In this document: piece after piece, positions 28,611 to 39,581 of the stretch | How the letters are laid out: every line of letters starts with the position of its first letter | Numbering within the stretch: position 1 is the first letter of the stretch | Translations under genes and position numbers: made by a program | Notes under the pieces: model-generated | Seen by the model: only the letters and a program-made list of their open reading frames with translations | Told to the model about the DNA's origin: nothing | The model's database searches: none | DNA from: a virus | Lineage: Duplodnaviria > Caudoviricetes | IMG/VR virus record: IMGVR_UViG_3300048572_000044 | Location: 1 to 56,415 of that record | Length of the DNA stretch: 56,415 bases | Direction: 5' to 3' (one strand)

Positions 28611-30506
28611 TTACGTATTAGTTATTAAATTAACTGTACTGCTAAATACATTAATTGTGTAGAAAATATCCTCTAATCCAGGTACTATTTGTGTTGGTAT
28701 TGTAATATCAATACCTAATGGATTATTTGGATCTTGAATTATTGTTATTAATGATTCATTTTGTAATACATTTAATAACATTCCACTTGTTTGCATACCT
28801 TGCATAAATATTACAATATTACCCTTTAATATTGATAATATTCTAGGTGTTTGACGAATTTGACCTAATCCCATTTGTTGACAAATTAATGTTACGCCTT
28901 TTCTTAAATAATCTAAGGTTTGCCAAACATAAATTGGGAAAAATTCATTATCAGGTGTTGTTAAATTAGGTAATGTAGTCATGCCGGTAATTGGATTAAC
29001 TATATATGCCTGTTGATTATTATTAACAGCAATCGTATTCCAACCTAATTTCATTACTTGATCCGCAATACCATTAATTGTTACATCAATATATTTATTT
29101 GGATTTGTTGGAGTCGGTAAACCATTAATAATTACACCGCCTTGTGGATTTAATGGATTTACATTACTACCTACAACCATAGCAAAAGCAGCGGCCATTT
29201 GACCAGCACTTAAAGGTAATTCACCAATTATTGGTTGATATGGATAATATATTGGTTCAAATTGATAATTATTTACATTTGTAGGTAAACTTAAAGCCGC
29301 TGAATTTTGAGCAATAGTTAAATTAGCGAATGGAATTAAACAAATAGCTTGCCCCGATTGTGAGGTAGCTGGTTGATTCAATTCGGCAACATAATCAAAT
29401 GCAGCCTTATACGTAGTTGTAATATCTGTACTTGAATTTATTGCATAAGGTAATGCCAATTGTTGTAATGAAATAACTTTTGTAGCAAATAATTTCTTCT
29501 GAAAAGAGAAAACTGTTTGAGTAGCATCTAAATGTAAAGTACAAACATTTGTTGTATTAAAAGTTCCAGTTACATTAGATAACGTAACTATTAATTGACC
29601 ACCATTAACAACGGAACTTACTACTGTTCCAACAGCAAGAGTTACTGCTTGGGTTATTGTAGTTGCCCCTAACGCTGACATTGGAATATAAGCTACATTT
29701 AATGAAGGAATTGCAAAACTTACAGTAGTTGCAGTTTGTGCGGTAGGAGCCGTTAATGTTAACGGAGTGGCCGTAGGACCAAAAAGTCCACTGCGAGCCG
29801 CATCCGGTAAAAATGAAAAATATACTTGTGGAGTTGCAATGGTAGAATTTACATTCTCTGGTATTAAACTTGCATCTATAGCAGAAAATAAATTCATAAT
29901 AAAAGGTTCAGTTCCTGTTGGGTCTGGAACCAATACAGTAGAATTAGTAAATGAAATAGATATATTATCAGCCGCTGCTACAGAAGCAAAACCAGCAGCT
30001 TCTAAAATAATTTTACTATCATATAAACCTAAAAATGAACCTATTTCTGCACTTATAAATGTTCCTGTAACAACGGCCGTTGTATCATTAAATGTGCCGG
30101 TTATACCAGTTCCGACGAGTGGTTCCACTAACGTAGAAGCATTGGTGTAATAAACAATAACCTGATTATCGGCAGCTAAAGTAAGTATATCTACCGCTGT
30201 AGCATTATTTAATTGTACAGTTGCACTATATCCGGTTGTAACAGTAAACCCCGCATCTTTAAAATAAGATAACATACCCAATGGATCATTTAATAATTGT
30301 GAAGGTAATGGATATGTATTATAATATTCATACAATGGAAATCCACTATCTGGATCTAAAATAGGCAATCCACTGGTTTCACTTGTTGTTGCATTCCTTC
30401 TATTACCAAAAATAAAAATATTATTTTGTGGTGCTGGTAATGGTGGCGTACCAATTAAATTCTGAGTGCCTTGAACACTTGGAATACGAGTATTTTTGAT
30501 AAACAT
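28611..30506 (-). CDS. tail sheath protein
   Basis: N-terminal TRIPSV; C-terminal QTLDYLR..QDPNNPLGIDITIPTQIVPGL (Mu gpL-like). Confidence 0.85.
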   Translation of the reverse strand: MFIKNTRIPSVQGTQNLIGTPPLPAPQNNIFIFGNRRNATTSETSGLPILDPDSGFPLYEYYNTYPLPSQLLNDPLGMLSYFKDAGFTVTTGYSATVQLNNATAVDILTLAADNQVIVYYTNASTLVEPLVGTGITGTFNDTTAVVTGTFISAEIGSFLGLYDSKIILEAAGFASVAAADNISISFTNSTVLVPDPTGTEPFIMNLFSAIDASLIPENVNSTIATPQVYFSFLPDAARSGLFGPTATPLTLTAPTAQTATTVSFAIPSLNVAYIPMSALGATTITQAVTLAVGTVVSSVVNGGQLIVTLSNVTGTFNTTNVCTLHLDATQTVFSFQKKLFATKVISLQQLALPYAINSSTDITTTYKAAFDYVAELNQPATSQSGQAICLIPFANLTIAQNSAALSLPTNVNNYQFEPIYYPYQPIIGELPLSAGQMAAAFAMVVGSNVNPLNPQGGVIINGLPTPTNPNKYIDVTINGIADQVMKLGWNTIAVNNNQQAYIVNPITGMTTLPNLTTPDNEFFPIYVWQTLDYLRKGVTLICQQMGLGQIRQTPRILSILKGNIVIFMQGMQTSGMLLNVLQNESLITIIQDPNNPLGIDITIPTQIVPGLEDIFYTINVFSSTVNLITNT

Positions 30507-30517
30507 ATTATTTCCTT

Positions 30518-31237
30518 CTATAAACTTGAAATAGGCTGAACATCAACACTAAAATCTTTAAGTATTTGATAAATAATTTTATTGGGATCTACTTTACCTT
30601 CAATTCCAAAATCTTCTAACATAGCATAATGATTTGACATATCATAATAATAATCAGTAACTAAATCTAATCTCCACGCATCCCCAATGTCCGTCAAACT
30701 AGGTTTTAATGGAGATGTAATTTTACAATTTTTAGCAAATTCCACCAATGGGCTACCATATAATTCTTTATACCTCACTACATCATTATATATAGAGGAA
30801 ATAGGCTCAGGTAACGGTACTAATTTATCATTTAAATTTCCCCAAAAATGTGGAGATTGTAAAATATTCTTAAATGCTTGCCCTATGGTTTTAATTACAA
30901 CGGCATTATCTTCTCGTGCTAATCTAATTGGAAGAAATATATCAAAACGTATTTGTCCCTTATCTGAATAAAATCTACTTTGTGTATCTTGCACATCTTC
31001 ATAAATACTTATTGCGGGCAATGATTGTATTGTAGAATCATCTCGTCTATAGATGGCAATTGATTCTTCATTACCAAATATTTGTAAAATATAAGGATTA
31101 GCTAATAAGGCATATTTAATTGCTAATGGCATTCTATTGGAACCTAAATAAGTAATCCAATCATATTCCGCCATTGCTAATAATGCTTGACCACCATCAT
31201 TATTATTGTTATCAGAACCTACTTGCAAGTAATTCAC
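30518..31237 (-). CDS. tail completion/terminator protein
   Basis: LPAISIY motif; position before the sheath. Confidence 0.55.
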   Translation of the reverse strand: MNYLQVGSDNNNNDGGQALLAMAEYDWITYLGSNRMPLAIKYALLANPYILQIFGNEESIAIYRRDDSTIQSLPAISIYEDVQDTQSRFYSDKGQIRFDIFLPIRLAREDNAVVIKTIGQAFKNILQSPHFWGNLNDKLVPLPEPISSIYNDVVRYKELYGSPLVEFAKNCKITSPLKPSLTDIGDAWRLDLVTDYYYDMSNHYAMLEDFGIEGKVDPNKIIYQILKDFSVDVQPISSL

Positions 31238-31652
31238 CTAATCTTTTTTTTATAAATTCAATTTCATTTTGATCAAATCTTAAAAAATCACGTCCATAAC
31301 CATCAATTAATTGTTCTATAGCTTGATCACCTTCTCGATGTTGAGCCTCCACAATCAGAGTTAATTCATCACCATGCAATTGATAATATACTTTTATACT
31401 ATTTCGTAAAAAACCAAATTCAACATTAAACTTTTTAGCATTATCCTGTGGTACAATCCATCCTAATTTATTTTTAGGTCTATTGCTAGATTTTTTAGCA
31501 ATAGTACTTTCAGCCAAAGGCTTCCATTCAGGTTTGCCTTTTTCGGTAAAATATGATCGTTTTAGTTCTATTAATTCAGCTACTATTATTGGCATAATTG
31601 CATTAATGGAACTATCTAATCTATTTTTAAATTCCTCAGCAATTCCCACCAT
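31212..31652 (-). CDS. virion morphogenesis (neck) protein
   Basis: WKPLAESTIAKK, GFLRNSI, RDFL motifs (Mu gpG / P2 S-like). Confidence 0.75.
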   Translation of the reverse strand: MVGIAEEFKNRLDSSINAIMPIIVAELIELKRSYFTEKGKPEWKPLAESTIAKKSSNRPKNKLGWIVPQDNAKKFNVEFGFLRNSIKVYYQLHGDELTLIVEAQHREGDQAIEQLIDGYGRDFLRFDQNEIEFIKKRLGELLASRF

Positions 31653-32259
31653 GTTTACCCATATTATTAAAAAACCAATTTCTAAATGGATTAACTTGAC
31701 CTCTAATTGCTTTTTGATTTAATCTGCCTAATTGTGATACTGGATGTGAACCCACCACTGAAGCTAATGGAAATGGAATGCCTTTTTTATAAAATGAAGC
31801 CTGAGGATCTGGTTTAAGTCCAGGAAATGGAGGAAATAAATATTGACCGCTTATTTGATCTATTCCTACTATATCATGCTTCATTTTTTCAAAACGCACC
31901 ATATAGTTATCAATGTAAGATTGCCCTCTTACTCCTTCACTTTGTCCAAATCCTGTTTCCATAATATAAATACAGGTTTCAACTAAACAAAGCTTTTGTA
32001 TCGCTTTTATAGTAGATCTTGGAATGATTTCTTTAAATGGTATATCATTACCATCTACATCTATCCCTATAAGACCGTCAGGACTTATTATATATTGACG
32101 ACTTAACTCTCTCTCTATCCAAGCTTCTGCATCTTCTATATTATCTAATACATCATTATCAGACATATATTTTGGATTACTATTACTAAACTGCACCTTA
32201 CCACTTAAAGCGCGTTTAACCGCCTCTAATGTGGTATATTTAGGCACATAAAATGACAT
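31636..32259 (-). CDS. head-tail adaptor (Mu gp36-like)
   Basis: YTTLEAV..IEDAEAWIEREL..Y; synteny. Confidence 0.65.
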   Translation of the reverse strand: MSFYVPKYTTLEAVKRALSGKVQFSNSNPKYMSDNDVLDNIEDAEAWIERELSRQYIISPDGLIGIDVDGNDIPFKEIIPRSTIKAIQKLCLVETCIYIMETGFGQSEGVRGQSYIDNYMVRFEKMKHDIVGIDQISGQYLFPPFPGLKPDPQASFYKKGIPFPLASVVGSHPVSQLGRLNQKAIRGQVNPFRNWFFNNMGKHGGNC

Positions 32260-32260
32260 A

Positions 32261-32740
32261 TTATCCTACAATTTCTGCCAAAGGCACTTTAATCATATCA
32301 CGATCAAAATCTTTTTTATCTTTGTATGCACGAGTTCTGTCATCTCTTGGTAATATTTTTGTTTGAGAATCAGAAAGATAAAATGCAGCATCTTCCTCAT
32401 CCATTTTATACAAAAAAAGTCCAGCTCTTTCTTTTTCAGACATTGCATTAATTTCATCTAAAGAATATGTAGTTCTATCATTTTTAAGAGAACTTTGAAA
32501 CATATACGGTTGTTTATATTCATTAACTAATGCATTCTGAATTATATGATCTTCATTTGGTAACGCTTTATAGCTTCTACCAAAGTCAGGTCTATTTTCA
32601 AAACTAGCGATATGTTTCTCTTTAGCTTTATCCCACAGAGATTTTCCGTCAGCACCTTTTCTCAAATATTTCTGATTAACAGCAATTTGATTAAATTTTA
32701 AAACAACTTCTTTACTTTTAGATTGAGACTTTTCTTGCAT
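32261..32740 (-). CDS. hypothetical protein downstream of the capsid gene
   Basis: Strong AGGAG RBS; late operon. Confidence 0.65.
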   Translation of the reverse strand: MQEKSQSKSKEVVLKFNQIAVNQKYLRKGADGKSLWDKAKEKHIASFENRPDFGRSYKALPNEDHIIQNALVNEYKQPYMFQSSLKNDRTTYSLDEINAMSEKERAGLFLYKMDEEDAAFYLSDSQTKILPRDDRTRAYKDKKDFDRDMIKVPLAEIVG

Positions 32741-32749
32741 AATTTCTCC

Positions 32750-34138
32750 TTATATGCCCACGTTAAATGTATATACATCAAAATATCTAGGAATACGAAC
32801 TCCACCACGCCAGCCATTCATTAAAGCTATTGTAGGTTGTGTAATCCCTTGAATTGTATTTGATGCCATACTATCAATAATTTGGAAAAATTTACCAGGT
32901 CTAGCATTTTGTAAACCACCATTTTGAGCAGCTAAACAATATGCGTATTCACCATAAGGTCCACCAAATTTATCAGTCTCAATTTTGATCCAGATTTGAT
33001 AATCAGGTAGAATGTAGTTAGTTGTGCCAGCAGTATACCCATTTGGATCATTTTCATCTGCAATATATGCGCTACCATCAACTAAGAAATCAACATCAAT
33101 ATCAGCTCCCAAGTAATAACTAGCAACGCTTTTCATACTATTTGGATTTGTACCAGCTTTTTGCATAATGGCATCTGAGTATTGTGTATTAACACGATTA
33201 ATTACAGTATCATTTTGTGAGAATAATGCAGACGTACTTGGGTTCATAATCCAAGTTTGCTTTAATCCACGATATTTTTTCAATAAATTATTAACAATTA
33301 CTGTCATATCAAGAATTGGATTTGATGCTGGATTAGGAACATAATTGGTTCCTGAAATTACTCCCCATACACCATTCAAAGCACCGGCGGTAAATCTATT
33401 ACCACTTGGAATACCATAACTTAATGATTCACCTTGCCAAATATAACTACCAGTAAATATAGCATTGTAAATATCATTTAAACGTCTAGTGCCACCACGA
33501 TGAGTTAATTGATCTGATATTTTGGCTATTACAGCAGCAATTCCACGAATAGCAAGATTTTGATTACCGGGATCACGTAAATTTAAAATTTCGTTTTGGT
33601 TAAATTGAGCCATTTCAATATAGAAAGGCGGCAACCATTCTTCAGTTTGAAATCCTCTTTTTTTAACCACTTGTACTGGAGCATCCATAGCATTAGCATG
33701 AGTCATACCAGTAATTGGTTGCCAAACATCCATAAATAATTTACTAGCAGAATATTCACCCTCTGGGAACATTTTTGCAATAACTTCATTTTCTACTACC
33801 GGAGTTACTTGTTCAATTACGCCTGTAATTAAACTCGTACCATCAAGATAATCGCTACCAGTAACGCCTAATTTAACATTTTGTGATTCAGATTTTAATC
33901 TAATATGTTCAGCAGCTAAAGTTCCAGATTTAGCAGAAAATTTCAAATTTACTCTACCTTCATTTTTTTCCTGTTCAGTATAAGGAACCATAATATCTCC
34001 GAGAGTTTTAAGTCCCATAGATTTTAAAACCTCTTCAACAGCAGCTTCTTTTTCTGAGGTTGATTTGAATTTAACAGCTTCTAGCAAAGGATTAACTTTT
34101 TTATGAACCTTTAAATGTTGCATTGAATTTTCTAACAT
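32750..34138 (-). CDS. major capsid protein with N-terminal extension
   Basis: Size; synteny after protease and decoration genes; capsid-E-like SNPILDM..WIMNP segment. Confidence 0.8.
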   Translation of the reverse strand: MLENSMQHLKVHKKVNPLLEAVKFKSTSEKEAAVEEVLKSMGLKTLGDIMVPYTEQEKNEGRVNLKFSAKSGTLAAEHIRLKSESQNVKLGVTGSDYLDGTSLITGVIEQVTPVVENEVIAKMFPEGEYSASKLFMDVWQPITGMTHANAMDAPVQVVKKRGFQTEEWLPPFYIEMAQFNQNEILNLRDPGNQNLAIRGIAAVIAKISDQLTHRGGTRRLNDIYNAIFTGSYIWQGESLSYGIPSGNRFTAGALNGVWGVISGTNYVPNPASNPILDMTVIVNNLLKKYRGLKQTWIMNPSTSALFSQNDTVINRVNTQYSDAIMQKAGTNPNSMKSVASYYLGADIDVDFLVDGSAYIADENDPNGYTAGTTNYILPDYQIWIKIETDKFGGPYGEYAYCLAAQNGGLQNARPGKFFQIIDSMASNTIQGITQPTIALMNGWRGGVRIPRYFDVYTFNVGI

Positions 34139-34139
34139 A

Positions 34140-34634
34140 TTATACTCCTACGATCATTTGATTAAATTTAACCCATGCCACCGCCACATTGCCCTCTACT
34201 ATAATGACCTTAGATGCAATACCTGCGGTAATTAAAGCATCAATATCAGCAGTTCCAGCATTAAAACCCACTAATGAAGTATAATGAAATAATGTATCTG
34301 GAGCTGAACCCTGAGCTATTTGAAAGAAACCATCAGTAACGTTGGCTGTAATAGTAGAAATAAAACCAGACGCACTAAATGCTTCATCAAAAAACACTCC
34401 TGCAAATGGACGAGTTGCAGCTATTGCATTATCAAAAATTTGTACATTACCTGTTGTGGCATAATCTACAGCTTTAGCCATCAAGGTTAAAACATTATAT
34501 TTGGTAGTATCTGGCTGTTTAAGCAAATTGATTCGACAAGAATTAACAACAGATGGAGGACTACCTTTGATTGAATTAACAATACCAAAATCTACATTAG
34601 CGTAATTATTATCTATAACTGGATATAGCTTCAT
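34140..34634 (-). CDS. head decoration protein (putative)
   Basis: Between the protease and capsid genes; FAGVF motif. Confidence 0.55.
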   Translation of the reverse strand: MKLYPVIDNNYANVDFGIVNSIKGSPPSVVNSCRINLLKQPDTTKYNVLTLMAKAVDYATTGNVQIFDNAIAATRPFAGVFFDEAFSASGFISTITANVTDGFFQIAQGSAPDTLFHYTSLVGFNAGTADIDALITAGIASKVIIVEGNVAVAWVKFNQMIVGV

Positions 34635-36001
34635 TATTTCACCTCTTCTTTTGTTGCAATTTTAGCAAGTAATTGTTTAAGATCAGAACTATTGAAATTC
34701 TCACTCAATTTATCCGTGAACTGACCCAACACCAGCATTTGTTCATCTTTAAATTTATTCAAAGCAGTTGTTTGCTCATCTTTCAATGCGGCCAATTTAA
34801 TTTTAGTTTCATCAAGCTCTTGAGAAAGTTTTTTAACTTCCTCGGAATCTTCACTTTTTTTATCAATATCATATTCAGCAAGATTCATAGTGCCGTCTAC
34901 AGCATCATCGGCTAATTTATGAGCTTTCTCAAGATATTTTTTACCCATTTCAACATCACCCTTTTCATAGGATTCTGCCATTTTGGACATAAGCTCTTTA
35001 TGCTTCATTGCATGAGATTTACCATATTTTTCATTTTTTTCTTCTTTGGATTCTTCCTTGGTTTCTTCACTAAACTTTTTGCCTGATTCTTTTTTCAAGG
35101 CAACACATTCAGCAATAAAATCATGGGTTCCTAAAGCGATATTTTCTTTACTCATCTTTATCATTTCCTCTTCATTTAACAAATTGAGATATTTTGGTCT
35201 AAATTTATTATCAGGTAAAACGGCTTCCATTAATTTGATTACTTCAGGATTAGCAATTTTTTTACTTTTGATTTCATGTTCAATGTAATCAGCAGTTGCC
35301 CGATTAATTTTTCCATCTATGCATAATGCAATTAAATGTTTTTTTATAACCAATTCATTTTCTAATGCTCGTTGTTTAGCAAGCAAAATTTGTTCAGTTT
35401 GTTGAATTGTAGCAAAATCACTTAGAAAAACACTGGACAAATGATTGTTTATCGCCTGTTTATTTGTTTGTGGCTTACTTAATGCTCGTGCCTCGACCGC
35501 TGCACCTTTGACAACCCAAGATATTTCAGCGAACTCAAATGTCTTGGGATGGTATTGAATGGACACATTACGCCAACGTTGATCTTTTACTGGTTCAACA
35601 TTTTTTTTACCTTTAACTCGAACTGTTAAAAATAGATATGGTATATCATCAACTTCATTAACTTGCATAAACCCAATTACATGTCCTACAGTTTTTAAAA
35701 CTGTACTATCATCATGATCTAATTGGTTTGGAGCAAGACGATTATCAAAGGCTTCAATTCCCAATTTAACAATATCTGGAGTTAATTTTTGATCTTCTTC
35801 AAAACGTACCTGAAGACTTTCATTATAGGTTCTACATATATCATGAATTGTGCCAGGAGTAACCTCAACTTCTGTACCATTCATATCTTGATATTTACCA
35901 GGACATAATGCCATGATCTTTACATCTAATTGAGAATCATCATCTTTGCTTTTACCTAAGGCTATAGAATAGCCACTATTCATTAATTTAACATTAGACA
36001 T
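34634..36001 (-). CDS. prohead protease/scaffold (Mu gpI-like)
   Basis: PGKY, QLDH..VGHV, WRNVSI, EISWVVKGA; charged coiled-coil C-terminus with a possible internal start (GAGGA RBS, ATG ~35164). Confidence 0.8.
   Translation of the reverse strand: MSNVKLMNSGYSIALGKSKDDDSQLDVKIMALCPGKYQDMNGTEVEVTPGTIHDICRTYNESLQVRFEEDQKLTPDIVKLGIEAFDNRLAPNQLDHDDSTVLKTVGHVIGFMQVNEVDDIPYLFLTVRVKGKKNVEPVKDQRWRNVSIQYHPKTFEFAEISWVVKGAAVEARALSKPQTNKQAINNHLSSVFLSDFATIQQTEQILLAKQRALENELVIKKHLIALCIDGKINRATADYIEHEIKSKKIANPEVIKLMEAVLPDNKFRPKYLNLLNEEEMIKMSKENIALGTHDFIAECVALKKESGKKFSEETKEESKEEKNEKYGKSHAMKHKELMSKMAESYEKGDVEMGKKYLEKAHKLADDAVDGTMNLAEYDIDKKSEDSEEVKKLSQELDETKIKLAALKDEQTTALNKFKDEQMLVLGQFTDKLSENFNSSDLKQLLAKIATKEEVK
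35403..35441 (-). promoter_or_regulatory. 39-bp repeat copy 2, internal promoter candidate
   Basis: Identical to 16874-16912; upstream of the scaffold, decoration and capsid coding regions. Confidence 0.7.
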
Positions 36002-37682
36002 CAGTCACACTCCTTTTAGTATAATGGTCGCCAACTTCTTTACTATTTACTTTTTTATTATTATCCATTTTATCTTTTTTATCTTTTTCCAAATTACGTT
36101 TAATTAATGCGTTTAAACCTTCCTCATCTAATGTAGGTTCACCAAGTGTTTTGCGTACATGTTGAATATCTTTTTTATTAGTATTATCTAAATATCCATC
36201 ATTGGTCATACCCTCATATAATTTTTGATATTTTAATTTATCATCAATATTTTGTAATTCGGATTCAAAATATCCTAAATCTGTTGCATATGATTCACCA
36301 AAATTTTCTATAATTAAATATTTAACAACTTGATCTAATAGCACGTGCTGTACCATTTCCTCAGCAATACCGCCCATTAATTTAGTAAAAATACTATTTT
36401 GTGCTGTTGCTCCAGCAAATGTTGTTGCGGTACTAAAAATACCCTCTGGAACTAAATGTAATTTTTCTAAATCTGCATCATATTTAGTCAGTGCTTTTTC
36501 ATATACATCAAAATTACCGCTATTAGCCACTACTTCAATATCAAATAATTCACCTTTTCTGCCCGGCAATATCACAGCAGTATCTTCACTATATGTTTGC
36601 ATAACAGTATAAGCAGCTTCTACGGCATTAATATCTCCAGCACCTATGTTATATACGGCCTTATTAGCATCTGCATATACTACCACCATTGGATTAGCGC
36701 ATCTCCCCATAGCTGATTGGTAAAGCGCCCTTGCCACTTGTTTATTAATCCATATTGGATAACCTGCTTGTAAAATTGGATCACCGTATGGATTAATTTT
36801 TCCATTAGTTACTCCATACGCAAAATGCAATGTTTTTTTCTTTTCTAATTGAACCAAACCAAAAGTATTAATGAAATTAGTTCTGAATGGATAGTCCATG
36901 CTGCCCAATGAAGCTGCATTATCTAATCCAAATCCTATTCCACCATTCCAACTATTTACACCGCCAGAAAGACCACCAAATCCCCACCCGGTGCTTAATG
37001 CATTTTGAGTTCCCGTATATGGATAATTGTAAATATATTGCCAAATATTATCTATATCACCCTGCAAAGTTACAGTATATTGAATAGATACTTGGGGTAA
37101 ATGTCGAATATTTTCTATTATGGTGTATCCATTTTTATCTCGTATATCTTCCATAACCGCAACCCAATGTCCAAAATGAATTGCTGTGCATATTTTTCGC
37201 ACTAATCCATCTCTGCCCCCTTTTAAGCATTTAAAAGCATAACGTATGAATTTTTGTATTTTTGCTGTTTCATTGTAATATTCACCAATTCTATTAACAA
37301 TATCTGAAATCATTAATGTTTGACATCTGGCAATAATATCGTCTGTATCAACCATTTTTTTAAATGTAGATGGATTAATTGGACATGGATTAACAAGAAA
37401 ATTGCCAGTAATTGTTGATATAAAAGGTATTGAAGTTCCTTTTTTAGCTTTAGTTAAATCTCCAATTCCTAAAAAATTCTTAAATACATCCCTATTACTT
37501 TCATCTAATAAATGCTCCCCACTAGTAATTAAATTCTTTATTTGTTCTTTAAAAGATACTGTTTTATTAACTGGTATTATTATTTTCCCTAAATCTACTC
37601 TAGGGATTTTATTGTCTTTTTGCTGAACCAAAGAATCTTTGGGCGTAGCTGTTTTTGCTTGATAACGCTTGTTTTTTTTCAT
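35994..37682 (-). CDS. portal protein (Mu gp29/DUF935-like)
   Basis: AIHFGHWV, NPYGDPILQAGYPIW..K, LIIENFG; follows the terminase. Confidence 0.85.
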   Translation of the reverse strand: MKKNKRYQAKTATPKDSLVQQKDNKIPRVDLGKIIIPVNKTVSFKEQIKNLITSGEHLLDESNRDVFKNFLGIGDLTKAKKGTSIPFISTITGNFLVNPCPINPSTFKKMVDTDDIIARCQTLMISDIVNRIGEYYNETAKIQKFIRYAFKCLKGGRDGLVRKICTAIHFGHWVAVMEDIRDKNGYTIIENIRHLPQVSIQYTVTLQGDIDNIWQYIYNYPYTGTQNALSTGWGFGGLSGGVNSWNGGIGFGLDNAASLGSMDYPFRTNFINTFGLVQLEKKKTLHFAYGVTNGKINPYGDPILQAGYPIWINKQVARALYQSAMGRCANPMVVVYADANKAVYNIGAGDINAVEAAYTVMQTYSEDTAVILPGRKGELFDIEVVANSGNFDVYEKALTKYDADLEKLHLVPEGIFSTATTFAGATAQNSIFTKLMGGIAEEMVQHVLLDQVVKYLIIENFGESYATDLGYFESELQNIDDKLKYQKLYEGMTNDGYLDNTNKKDIQHVRKTLGEPTLDEEGLNALIKRNLEKDKKDKMDNNKKVNSKEVGDHYTKRSVTDV

Positions 37683-39309
37683 AACTATTTCCCATAAATG
37701 GAGTACTAATTTTTGTTAATCCATTACCTAAATTAAATTCATTTTTGATTGAATAATCAAATCTTGATAATTGTATTGGTTCTAATAAAGCTTTATATTC
37801 GATAAAGGCTTGTGACGTAGCATCAACACAATCATCTTTTCCACCATCAAAACCATCAAATGATAAAAATTGATTAATATATAATTGAATTGACGGATAA
37901 ATCCGAGGGGATGGTAAATAAAATTGTCCAGCTCTGCAATATGGAATCATATTTTGTGCGCGGAATAATTTACCATTATCGCCTTTGTTATATCCTTGAG
38001 GTACAAATTTATTAAGTTTACTTACGCCCTCAAATTGCATTAATGTTACAATGTCTTCACCTTGTGCTGCATCTTCAATCAATATTGCATAATAATTAGG
38101 ATATTTTTGTCTAAAGATATTAATTCTATTAATATTATCTATAATATCTACTTTATTAATAGCCGAATAATCTAATAAATAAACTTTGTCTCTATCAAAT
38201 CCTAATACTACAATTGCACAATCATCACCTTTTTTGGCGGCTTTTTTATAATTTGGGTCAACACTAATAATTATTCTCATATTATCAATATTTGGCATTA
38301 CGTCATAATATCTAAAACATGTAACATCAAATATTTGTCCAGTAGTTAGCATTGGCAAATTCTGATGTTTAACTGCCCATAATTGTGGACTTAATGCTTG
38401 TTGCTCTAAATACGTATCCATTTTTTGTTCTGGCCATAGATATTCACCAACTTTTCGTGGGTCATATGGATAATCCCGATCATCTTTTAGGCTATTAAAT
38501 TCTATTAATTTCCATTCAGGCGCATTAGGTGCAATTTTGGGTTTATCTTTGATATATTGTCTTAATTTACCATTTATATCTTCTGGATGCCACCATGTAC
38601 AAAATACGATAATAATTACATTTTTTTGCTGACGAGATAAAATATTACCAACAAATATATTCCATCGTTTTTCTCTAGTTATTTCACTAGAAGCTTCTTC
38701 CCATCCATTAAAAGGATCATCCACAATAATTACATCTGCATCAAAACCAGTAATAGAACCGGTTATACCAACGGCTTTAAATTCGCCTGTTTTACCGGGT
38801 TTAGGACTATTAGCATTAGTAAAATTATTTACAGAAAGCTTATTGGTTCTTTTTTCAGCTAATCTAGTATCATGAACATCATCAGGTAATTTAAAATTAG
38901 GAAATAATTGTGCATATTCTTTACTTGCCATAATATCTAATATTTCAGCAGATGGTTCTTTAGCGCGAGTATCAGAATAGGTAATATAAAGAAATTTCCA
39001 ATTTGGATTTTTACCCATTAAATAAGGTACATATAATCTTGCTGCACACTCCGTTTTGCCGTGCTGGTCGCCAATTGCCAGAAGCAATCTACCACTTTTT
39101 TTATTAGCAATATCATTCAATTCATTTATAGTATATTGATGAAACCAGGCCCATTTATAAGTTGGTCGTATTGCTTTACAAAAAGAATAATAATCTTTTG
39201 TTTTAATTTCACGAGTTAATTTAGCAAATTCTTGTAATTCAAAATGAGTAAGAGAGATTCCACTTTCTTTTTTCTTAAGTAATTCTGCTAATTTACCGTA
39301 GTCAATCAT
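37609..39309 (-). CDS. terL: terminase large subunit
   Basis: QHGKT Walker A, GSITGFDADVIIVDDP Walker B, TWWHPED, SVDP and DDCVDATSQ nuclease motifs; start placed at the TAATG overlap at 39309. Confidence 0.92.
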   Translation of the reverse strand: MIDYGKLAELLKKKESGISLTHFELQEFAKLTREIKTKDYYSFCKAIRPTYKWAWFHQYTINELNDIANKKSGRLLLAIGDQHGKTECAARLYVPYLMGKNPNWKFLYITYSDTRAKEPSAEILDIMASKEYAQLFPNFKLPDDVHDTRLAEKRTNKLSVNNFTNANSPKPGKTGEFKAVGITGSITGFDADVIIVDDPFNGWEEASSEITREKRWNIFVGNILSRQQKNVIIIVFCTWWHPEDINGKLRQYIKDKPKIAPNAPEWKLIEFNSLKDDRDYPYDPRKVGEYLWPEQKMDTYLEQQALSPQLWAVKHQNLPMLTTGQIFDVTCFRYYDVMPNIDNMRIIISVDPNYKKAAKKGDDCAIVVLGFDRDKVYLLDYSAINKVDIIDNINRINIFRQKYPNYYAILIEDAAQGEDIVTLMQFEGVSKLNKFVPQGYNKGDNGKLFRAQNMIPYCRAGQFYLPSPRIYPSIQLYINQFLSFDGFDGGKDDCVDATSQAFIEYKALLEPIQLSRFDYSIKNEFNLGNGLTKISTPFMGNSYEKKQALSSKNSYAQRFFGSAKRQ

Positions 39310-39581
39310 TATGGAATCGCATTTAGAACTATCCAATCATCTGCAATAAATAAATCAGTATTATTTATACCAATATCTGATGTGTCTCCTATTGTTATTG
39401 TTCCAGTTACAATATTAAAATATAAGATTGGAACATTTAATTGTGGGTTAACATCAGTTATATATGGCAAATAATATTCATATCTAGTTAATTGCGCTAT
39501 AACACCATTAGATAAATCTATAGTCGGAGTTGGCAACAATAGATCAGCAAGAGCGGTTTGTAGAGTATATGTTGGTGGCAT
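39309..39581 (-). CDS. hypothetical (possibly virion) protein
   Basis: Coupled to terL; C-terminal DLFIADDWIV. Confidence 0.6.
   Translation of the reverse strand: MPPTYTLQTALADLLLPTPTIDLSNGVIAQLTRYEYYLPYITDVNPQLNVPILYFNIVTGTITIGDTSDIGINNTDLFIADDWIVLNAIP

Noticed and set aside
20186-37682. Transposable Mu-like phage
   Set aside because: Only the structural module is Mu-like; no transposase A/B or host-DNA ends seen
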